11,068 nt of DNA. Origin: Bdellovibrionales bacterium (GTDB taxonomy: Bacteria; Bdellovibrionota; Bdellovibrionia; Bdellovibrionales; UBA1609). Within the stretch, counting starts at the first letter, position 1; every line of letters starts with the position of its first letter. The stretch lies in assembly GCA_050246815.1 (NCBI GenBank), contig JBFWVI010000075.1, positions 1 to 11,068 of the forward strand, in the 5' to 3' direction. A program made the translations under genes and the position numbers. Shown piece after piece: positions 1-6,156 of this stretch. A model generated the notes under the pieces. The model was not told where the DNA came from and ran no database searches. It saw only the letters and a program-made list of their open reading frames with translations.

Positions 1-1204
1 CGATCACCTGACTAGGTGGACGTACAAAATAATCTTTGATCCTGCTTTGGCTAAGTAGAGATTCACGGTCCAAAAAACCCACCGCAGGATGTCGCTTCGT
101 AATCAACGCCGCCGGGCCGATCTCGCCCACCTGAGTGTTGTTGAAACAGGTGATCAAAAGACCTAGGCCGCAGACAAACCCCAAAAGCGGCACATAAACG
201 CGACGCACCCAAAAGCGCTTTCTGCCTTGGGCCAGAAGTTCGCCCAATGCCAATAAAATCACCCCAACGATGGGGTACATAAAACGCTCCTCTTTGTGGG
301 GCATCAGGCTATGCACCGCCACAAAAACGAAGACCGGCAAAAGCAAACGCCAGTGCCGCGACCACAGCCCCTTTAAGTCCGGCCCAAAAACCACAGAAAA
401 TGGAAATAAGGTCAGGCCAAAAACCAGCAACCAGGTGTTGTACCAAGGACTGATTCCATATTGAGCGGCGCCGCCCTCGTTGACCGCCAAATATGCACGC
501 AAAGAGGCAAAGGCCTCCCGTCCACTCAAGACATCAAGGCCGGCCTGCAAAGCTAAAAGCACAAGACCCACAACGGCGCTCAAGCGCAGCCATCGCCACT
601 CCCGTCGCCATAGAAAAATCGCGCCATAGACCACATACAAAATGCCCACTTGAAAACGGAAAAAAGTCGCCAGCCCCAGCAGCAGCAGGCCCAACATGAA
701 CAGGCTTGCATTTTGCGACTGTCGACGAGCGGCCTCGGCCAATGTCATTCCACTTAACACGAGGGGCAAGGCCAAGGCCTCACCAAAAGCACGCGTGCTG
801 ACAAAAGGCATCAGTGGATACACCGCCAATAAAATCATCGTGTAAATCGCAAACTTTTGGCTTTGAAAAGTGCGGGCATAGGCGCGAAGCCCAAGCCATG
901 CCGTCAATGAAAACAACGCCAGTCCGGCATAAATCCACCGCACTTGGGTCAAGGGATCCTGCACTCCAAACGTAGCGGCCACCTTCAATGGCGCGCCTAA
1001 AACCCAGGTCAACAAAAAGCTTCTATACCCAGGCAGCTCAACTGGCAAACCTGCCGCCCATTGATAGGCCGGCAATACCCCGTGTTTATAGTCATCCAAC
1101 GCTTGCGGTCCATAAACAAAATATGCTGATAAAAGTCGCAAAACCAAACCCAAGACAAGAGTGAACCACAGTATTTGCCACAAATGTGTCTCACGGCGCG
1201 ACAC
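1..1204 (-). CDS. GT-C superfamily polytopic membrane glycosyltransferase, GT22 (ALG9/PIG-B-like mannosyltransferase) family; 3' end truncated by the window edge (at least 401 aa)
   Basis: Not in the ORF track; translated by hand. Stop-free minus-strand frame from GTG at 1204 (GGAG 6 nt upstream) to the edge: MSRRETHLWQILWFTLVLGLVLRLLSAYFVYGPQALDDYKHG...PGYRSFLLTW...YPLMPFVSTRAFGEA...LATFFRFQVG...AAQYGISPWYNTW...VHSLMPHKEERFMYPIVG... It has many hydrophobic segments, an acidic DD pair after the first TM (1091-1096), YRS (1019-1027), YGISPWY (440-460) and HKEERFMYP (272-298). These match the ALG9/PIG-B motifs (DE, RSY, YGxxPW, HKExRFxxP). Overlaps the upstream GT9 gene by 14 bp. Confidence 0.85.
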   Translation of the reverse strand, partial: MSRRETHLWQILWFTLVLGLVLRLLSAYFVYGPQALDDYKHGVLPAYQWAAGLPVELPGYRSFLLTWVLGAPLKVAATFGVQDPLTQVRWIYAGLALFSLTAWLGLRAYARTFQSQKFAIYTMILLAVYPLMPFVSTRAFGEALALPLVLSGMTLAEAARRQSQNASLFMLGLLLLGLATFFRFQVGILYVVYGAIFLWRREWRWLRLSAVVGLVLLALQAGLDVLSGREAFASLRAYLAVNEGGAAQYGISPWYNTWLLVFGLTLFPFSVVFGPDLKGLWSRHWRLLLPVFVFVAVHSLMPHKEERFMYPIVGVILLALGELLAQGRKRFWVRRVYVPLLGFVCGLGLLITCFNNTQVGEIGPAALITKRHPAVGFLDRESLLSQSRIKDYFVRPPSQVI

Positions 1205-2234
1205 GGGTGACTCCAAGACGCAGACGCAACTCTTCAGCCACCAGCTCGGGCGAAATGCCGACCAGACACTGGTGGTAATTGGGGTTTACGCATGGTCCCT
1301 GGCCGTGTTTAGAACATGGGCGACAGGGCAAGGGCAGCTCAATAATTTTTGTTAAAGGGCGTGAGGGAAAACCAAATGGGGCCGGCCCCATCAGGGCTAA
1401 GCAAGGTTTTCCCAACTGCTCTGCCACATGCAATAATCCGGTGTCATTGCTGACCAGCGCCTGGGCCATTTGAATCACCGCCGCACTTTCCGACAAGGAC
1501 AACTGCCCCGCTAAATTTAAAACCCGATCAGGCCCACTCTTAACCAGCTCAGAGACAAATTGATCCTGTGGTCCGCCAAGGATCACGAAACGCAAATCCC
1601 CTTGTGACTCGATCAAGTTTTGCCAGTGGGCCAAAGGCCAACGCTTTAACAAAAATGCGGCCGATGGCGCCAACGCCACAAACGGCTTGCCGGCCCATTC
1701 ACCAAGTTTTTCATGAGCTTTACTTTGAGCCAAGTTTGTTAAAAAAAGTTGGGGCACGGAAGGCGCGTTTAATGGAATTCCCCATGTCTTGAGCGGTCTA
1801 AGTAAGTCGGCCTGGCCGTTGAACGGTTGCGGAAATAGATTGCGGTGAAAACGGAACAACAAAAAGCGGCGCCAGCGGTAGATCGACCGGCGCAAAAACT
1901 TCATTTGGCCCAACCACACACGCCAGTCCGCAACCCCCTTTAACTTCCACCCCAATAGCCGTGATCGCAAATTGTTGTGTGCATCGTAGACATGGGTGAA
2001 CTTTTGCGAGCGCAGATCATTTGCCAAATGCGATAATCCGCGGGCCCCCTTCTCACGACTCAGCCCCCATACTTTATGAATCGCCGGGTGAGTCTCAATC
2101 AAGGGTATGAACTCTTGCCGGGTCACCCAGTGGATTTCGGCCTCGGGCCAGCGTGCGCGCAAAGCCCCCGCCACACTCAAACACTGCAGCACATCACCAA
2201 AACTGGAAAAGCGGATGATCAAAATTTTGGCCAT
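1191..2234 (-). CDS. Glycosyltransferase family 9 (ADP-heptose:LPS heptosyltransferase, RfaF/WaaF-like)
   Basis: 347 aa. KILIIRFSSFGDVL N-terminal motif, P-x-A-E-I-H-W-V, KRWP, NLAGQLSLSESAAVI, SNDTGLLHVA, ALMGP and C-terminal CRPCSKHG..C...HQC are all typical of GT9. Confidence 0.92.
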   Translation of the reverse strand: MAKILIIRFSSFGDVLQCLSVAGALRARWPEAEIHWVTRQEFIPLIETHPAIHKVWGLSREKGARGLSHLANDLRSQKFTHVYDAHNNLRSRLLGWKLKGVADWRVWLGQMKFLRRSIYRWRRFLLFRFHRNLFPQPFNGQADLLRPLKTWGIPLNAPSVPQLFLTNLAQSKAHEKLGEWAGKPFVALAPSAAFLLKRWPLAHWQNLIESQGDLRFVILGGPQDQFVSELVKSGPDRVLNLAGQLSLSESAAVIQMAQALVSNDTGLLHVAEQLGKPCLALMGPAPFGFPSRPLTKIIELPLPCRPCSKHGQGPCVNPNYHQCLVGISPELVAEELRLRLGVTRVAP

Positions 2235-2247
2235 AAATCGTTTTTGG

Positions 2248-2276
2248 AATTTAGCACGACGTGGGGTGACTGCCTA
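2248..2276 (-). promoter_or_regulatory. Putative sigma70-type promoter for the GT9-GT22 pair
   Basis: Minus strand reads TAGGCA-N17-TAAATT with TG one base upstream of the -10 (TGCTAAATT). It lies in the 45-nt gap, 13 nt before the GT9 ATG, and no SD is visible. Pattern match only. Confidence 0.3.
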
Positions 2277-2279
2277 GAA

Positions 2280-4679
2280 CTAGTTGTTTTTGCGCCAATA
2301 GTAATCGCGGTAAACGATAAGCTTACCCCAGATGGGTGCACCCAGAATCTGATTGGCATCGCGCACGAATTGCATCTCAAGGCGACGCTGCTCGCGTTCA
2401 CTGGCGGGGCCGCGCCCCTGCTGTCGCGAAACCTCTCGCGCGAACTTCTGCTCGAGCAACTGATAGCGTTTGATCTTGCGGCGATCCAAATTCAAGGTCT
2501 CTAAATAGCGGATAGCCGCAGCCTGCCAAACTCCACTTGGTTTGGCCATAGCCACATCCACCCAGGTGATGGATTCAGCAGGCGGCAGCGTTGGAGAAGT
2601 TGTTTTATTAAACATGGGTTGCGGGGCGACCGGCTGAGCTGCAGGAGGCGGCACAGCAGGCGCACTGGTTGCAGGTGCTGCAACCAGTGGTGGCGCCGTG
2701 GCGACAGCTGGTGGCGGCTGGGCAGCCGCCGGTGGCGCCACGGGTGCAGAACCTGAAGAGGCCAATTGCGATTGTTCATCGCTCTTGTGGCTGATCTGCC
2801 AGATTCCGCCCGCGACAGCAATGACCGCGAAAACAGCCATCATGGGTGAGGACCGCAAGTTGAACCGCGGCAAGCGCAGCGGCTGATCCTCTACGGGCAA
2901 CACATCCTTGATTTTAATTAAACTGTCGTCTGACACATGAATCGAACGCAGATTGGTGCCCGTGCCAGTCACTTCGCCCTCTGTTGTCCCTTTGCCGGTC
3001 ATCATGGGCGGTGACGGCATCTTGGCTTTAGTGCCAGTGTTCTCGGAAACCTGGGTTGCAAAATGGCGATGCAAACTCTCTTCAAGAGCCGTCAGCAAGC
3101 GCAGTTTGAGACCGGAATCCAATTGTGAACCGTAAACAGTCGCTTCACACTTTTCGCGGACCTCACTCAAAAAGATGCCCACCGTTTTTTGCTTGCTCTT
3201 TTGCCATTCGGCTTCAAGTTTTTCCTGAGCGATCTTAAGCTCTTCGACTTGGCGCAATTTCAAATCTGCTAAATCCAATTCAGTGGAGCGCTTTTGATCG
3301 CTGATCTGCGATTGCATCTTTTCGCGTTGGTTTCTGGCCTTCAGTTCCGCCTCGCTCACCAGCAGATCGGCTTGTTTTTTCGCTGTTTCAATGATCTCAC
3401 GGGCTTCTTTTTGAGCACGCTGCTTTTGGCCATCACTTTCATGCTCGATCTGTTTTTGCAGACCATCGGCTTTCTTTTCCAACTCACCCACTTCGGCGTT
3501 CAATTGCACGGTCAACTGGGCTTTGGCGCTCTCTAGACGCTTCAACTCTTGTTGCGCATTTTGCAGGTTCAGCTTGGTTTCGGCATGCTCACGAGCCAAA
3601 TTTTTGCGTTCATTGCTGCGTGCGGCGATTTCTTCTTTCAACTCACGCAGCTGACTTTCTAATTTCGCCTTTTCAAATTGGTCGGTTTTGTTTTGGGCCG
3701 TGACTTGGCTGTTTTCTTGATTGATCGATTTCTGCAAATTGCGAGATTCGCGCACAGCATTTTCACGTAAAGACTTGGCTTCTGCTTCGGCACGCGCCAA
3801 AACCTGCTGCATTCTTTTTTCAAGATCACCCAACAGTGACGTGCCCACTTGGGTTGCGCTCTTTGCGGCCGGCGCGTCCTCAACCGCTTCGACATCAAGA
3901 TCCAAATCCAACTCTTCTTCAGCAGGTTGCGCTTTGACTTTGACGTCCGTGAGGGTTTTGTTTTTCTTAATCGACTCTTCTTGTTTTAAAATCTTGGAAT
4001 CGATGGCCGTCTTTTCCGTCACCACGGATTTATCCAAGGTTCCTTTGCGAGCGATTGTGCTCGAAGTGAATTGGCCCGTCACCCGACTGCGATCCAGACG
4101 CTCTGTGGCGGTGATCGGCGCGGCCCTGCTGCCTTCCAGTTTTTCAGTGCCTGTTTGCTTGCTGACCTTGCTCAGGTCAAGACGATTGGTGCCTGTCTGT
4201 TTGGCGTCAAAGCGCGCTGTACCGGTCTGAGAAAATCGATCCGTGACAGGGGCCGGGGTTTTGCTGCGTCGAACCTGACGGGCCGGGGTCGCATTTTCAA
4301 CCGGCGGAGGCGCATCGGGCGCTTCTTTTTGCTCGACGGCGGGCTCGAGCGTGAGTTTTTCGGGGGCCAACCCAAGTTTTAAGCTTTGCCCCACCCGCCA
4401 CACACGCGGAGTTTGTGCCGGCAATCGCACGCCATCAAGAAAAGTGCCGTTCTTTGAACCCTCATCGACGATCAGCAACTGATCGCCATCCACACGCATA
4501 GTCACGTGCTTTCGACTGACTTCCGCATTCGAAACGATGATGTCCGCCTGCGCCGAACGACCGATCACCAGCTCCACTTTGTGCAGCCGTTCGACTCGCT
4601 CGCCGTCAAGTCCGATGATTCGAATTTGAAAGCGCGAAGGTTGGTTCAAAACTCCACTCTCCCGGGCAAAATTTCCCAA
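2280..4679 (-). CDS. FHA domain / long coiled-coil / single-pass membrane protein with a Pro-Ala linker and a helical C-terminal extracytoplasmic domain
   Basis: 799 aa. N-terminal FHA with intact IGRS, VSRKH and SKNGTFLDG. Then a Thr-rich repeat region, a long E/K/Q/A heptad-rich coiled coil (about 3180-3830), one hydrophobic helix MMAVFAVIAVAGGIWQI (2793-2843), a Pro/Ala linker and a ~100-aa helical C-domain. Start is uncertain: TTG 4679, or TTG 4649 with GGGAG upstream. Confidence 0.85.
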   Translation of the reverse strand: MGNFARESGVLNQPSRFQIRIIGLDGERVERLHKVELVIGRSAQADIIVSNAEVSRKHVTMRVDGDQLLIVDEGSKNGTFLDGVRLPAQTPRVWRVGQSLKLGLAPEKLTLEPAVEQKEAPDAPPPVENATPARQVRRSKTPAPVTDRFSQTGTARFDAKQTGTNRLDLSKVSKQTGTEKLEGSRAAPITATERLDRSRVTGQFTSSTIARKGTLDKSVVTEKTAIDSKILKQEESIKKNKTLTDVKVKAQPAEEELDLDLDVEAVEDAPAAKSATQVGTSLLGDLEKRMQQVLARAEAEAKSLRENAVRESRNLQKSINQENSQVTAQNKTDQFEKAKLESQLRELKEEIAARSNERKNLAREHAETKLNLQNAQQELKRLESAKAQLTVQLNAEVGELEKKADGLQKQIEHESDGQKQRAQKEAREIIETAKKQADLLVSEAELKARNQREKMQSQISDQKRSTELDLADLKLRQVEELKIAQEKLEAEWQKSKQKTVGIFLSEVREKCEATVYGSQLDSGLKLRLLTALEESLHRHFATQVSENTGTKAKMPSPPMMTGKGTTEGEVTGTGTNLRSIHVSDDSLIKIKDVLPVEDQPLRLPRFNLRSSPMMAVFAVIAVAGGIWQISHKSDEQSQLASSGSAPVAPPAAAQPPPAVATAPPLVAAPATSAPAVPPPAAQPVAPQPMFNKTTSPTLPPAESITWVDVAMAKPSGVWQAAAIRYLETLNLDRRKIKRYQLLEQKFAREVSRQQGRGPASEREQRRLEMQFVRDANQILGAPIWGKLIVYRDYYWRKNN
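2580..2755 (-). repeat. Low-complexity Pro/Ala-rich linker (APVAPPAAAQPPPAVATAPP...PPPAAQPVAPQP) within the FHA protein
   Basis: Read directly from the translation; lies right after the predicted TM helix. Confidence 0.7.
4092..4229 (-). repeat. Four imperfect intragenic peptide repeats: QTGTARFD, QTGTNRLD, QTGTEKLE, ITATERLD
   Basis: Repeats start at codons 151, 161, 175 and 189 of the FHA ORF (nt 4229, 4199, 4157, 4115). Consensus [QI]-T-[GA]-T-x-[RK]-[LF]-[DE]. Confidence 0.75.
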
Positions 4680-4704
4680 TCATTTTATCGGTATAAAATG
4701 ATTG
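4677..4704. promoter_or_regulatory. Perfect 12-bp-arm inverted repeat CAATCATTTTAT-cggt-ATAAAATGATTG (operator or hairpin)
   Basis: The arms 4677-4688 and 4693-4704 are exact reverse complements. The element lies between the lipoprotein stop (4729) and the FHA gene start and contains a minus-strand TAAAAT -10-like hexamer (4682-4687). The repeat is certain; the function is inferred. Confidence 0.55.
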
Positions 4705-4728
4705 TTCAGCGACGGGACAAGCGGCCAG

Positions 4729-5121
4729 TTATGGCTTTTTCGAGCGCTCACTTTTAAGATGAGTGAAATCCAATTCAAACTCGACCAAAGCCGGACTGAA
4801 TTTGGCCTGGGATGGAAACGTGAGGCCATTCAAATGATCCAATAGGCATTTTTCAACGGTGGCGTTAGCCAAATCCGAGCGCTCTATTTTGGCATTGTTG
4901 GCCTTACCAGCTGGCCCCACTTTCCACGACAACACCACTTTACCACCTAAGGCCGGGTCTTCTTTTAGTCCTTGGCGATAGCAGGCTTCGGCACTGGACT
5001 TGTTTTGGCGGTAGGTCTCGATCACGGCGTCCACATTGGCACCACGCTTATGCTTCATCGCACACCCGACTAGGGCCGTGCCGACCAAATAAACCAGAAA
5101 AAACCGAGTTTTTGTTTTCAT
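4729..5121 (-). CDS. Lipoprotein with a stand-alone AgmX/PglI C-terminal (TonB-C-like) domain
   Basis: Preferred start is ATG 5121 (GGAGG 5 nt upstream), giving 130 aa. Signal peptide MKTKTRFFLVYLVGTALVG|C has lipobox LVGC. The domain pattern CYxxGLxxDPxLxGKVxLxWxVxxxGxA...SDL....VEKCLxxxLxxLxFP is characteristic of AgmX/PglI-C domains. Confidence 0.8.
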   Translation of the reverse strand: MKTKTRFFLVYLVGTALVGCAMKHKRGANVDAVIETYRQNKSSAEACYRQGLKEDPALGGKVVLSWKVGPAGKANNAKIERSDLANATVEKCLLDHLNGLTFPSQAKFSPALVEFELDFTHLKSERSKKP

Positions 5122-5143
5122 CCACCCCTCCGCGAAGTTTGCC

Positions 5144-5173
5144 ATTATATCCACATTCCCGGCCCTTGGTCCA
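5144..5173 (-). promoter_or_regulatory. Putative sigma70 promoter for the leftward genes
   Basis: Minus strand reads TGGACC-N18-TATAAT, with a perfect -10 at 5144-5149 about 12 nt upstream of the GGAGG SD. Supports the 5121 start over the longer ORF-track start. Confidence 0.5.
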
Positions 5174-5201
5174 GCGACAGGTCAGGGAATGGTTAGGACT
5201 T

Positions 5202-5229
5202 TTGCACCAATGCCACTCGCTCTTACATT
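5202..5229 (+). promoter_or_regulatory. Putative sigma70 promoter for the nuclease-patatin genes
   Basis: TTGCAC-N16-TACATT, about 60 nt upstream of the ATG at 5291. Pattern match only. Confidence 0.25.
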
Positions 5230-5290
5230 CCGATACACTTGTCTCAAGCCTGGACCCAATGAAGGGTCCCGACGACAAAAGAGTGCACGG

Positions 5291-6145
5291 ATGCGCAACA
5301 TCAAAGTTTTTGCAGTGGCACCGATCCTGTTCTTAACCCTCTTGACCTGTCCCACCTGGGCGGTTGAGTCCTACTATGGTGAAGAAATCGCCAAGCAAGA
5401 GCATCGCCTGGATCAAGCCGACCTCAAAGCCTTGCTGTTCAATGTTCTGAGCAAAGCTCACATCGTCCGAAATGGCCAACCCGACGAGCTTGTCAATAGC
5501 TGCCCCGCCAATCAAAGATGTCTTGAACACCGTTCGTTGGGTTATGATGGCGCACGCCGCAAACTGTTTGGCCGCTTATTTTTGCTCGAAAACAAGGGCG
5601 AATACGCTTTGCCCGACGTCTATTGCAACACAGTTTTGACCGCCAAAGATTTTCCGCGTGGTCAGGGGCCCGGTCCCGATAAAATACCTGCCAACGCCGT
5701 GGTGAATGCCGAACACACGTGGCCGCAAAGCCGCTTTTCGAAACGCTTTCCGTCGGGATTGCAAAAAAGCGACCTGCACATTTTGCTTGCCACCTCAGCG
5801 CGCGCCAATTCGTTGCGTGGCAATCAACCCTTCGGTGATGTTGTGGCCTCTCGCAAACAAGTCTGCCCAGAATCAACCTTGGGATTCACTTCCCGCACCA
5901 ATAGCAATTTCTTTTTGCCACCCGCTAATATCCGCGGCGATGTGGCCCGAGCCGTGTTTTACTTTGCCGTTCGCTATCAAATGCCCATCGATCCTGAACA
6001 AGAAGAGGCCACTCGCCGCTGGAACCGCCAAGACCCGGTGGATCAACCCGAGCGCGAACGCCATCAACTCAAGTTTGAATGGACAGAAGTCCGCAATCCC
6101 TTCATTGATCATCCCGAGTGGGTTGACCTGATCCAAGACTTTTAA
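5291..6145 (+). CDS. Secreted endonuclease I-family (His-Me finger, EndA/Bsn-like) nuclease
   Basis: Preferred start is ATG 5291 (284 aa), giving a Sec signal MRNIKVFAVAPILFLTLLTCPTWA|. Motifs: NAEHTWPQS, SDLHIL, NSLRGNQPFG, RGDVARAVFYFAVRY, WNRQDPVD and RNPFIDHPEW. Confidence 0.9.
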   Translation: MRNIKVFAVAPILFLTLLTCPTWAVESYYGEEIAKQEHRLDQADLKALLFNVLSKAHIVRNGQPDELVNSCPANQRCLEHRSLGYDGARRKLFGRLFLLENKGEYALPDVYCNTVLTAKDFPRGQGPGPDKIPANAVVNAEHTWPQSRFSKRFPSGLQKSDLHILLATSARANSLRGNQPFGDVVASRKQVCPESTLGFTSRTNSNFFLPPANIRGDVARAVFYFAVRYQMPIDPEQEEATRRWNRQDPVDQPERERHQLKFEWTEVRNPFIDHPEWVDLIQDF

Positions 6146-6156
6146 GACAATAAGTC

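Noticed and set aside
270..699. Short plus-strand K/R/P/Q-rich ORFs (270-464, 493-699)
   Set aside because: Antisense shadows of the hydrophobic membrane-protein gene.
1009..1194. 61-aa minus-strand ORF with a GTGA overlap on the GT9 stop codon
   Set aside because: It lies out of frame inside the much longer GT22-like gene, which has its own SD and family motifs; the peptide has no recognisable features.
3294..4382. Longer antisense and alternative-frame ORFs over the FHA gene (for example 3721-4230, 169 aa)
   Set aside because: Expected shadows of a low-complexity coiled-coil coding region; no motifs or convincing translation signals.
4677..4704. Palindrome as a Fur box, a CRISPR repeat or an IS end
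   Set aside because: The arm arrangement and spacing differ from the Fur consensus; it is single-copy with no spacers, cas genes or transposase in the window.
5122..5290. ORF-track N-terminal extensions of the lipoprotein (to 5154) and the nuclease (from 5189)
   Set aside because: The extensions would bury the signal peptides and overlap promoter-like elements. Starts at 5121 and 5291 give canonical signal sequences.
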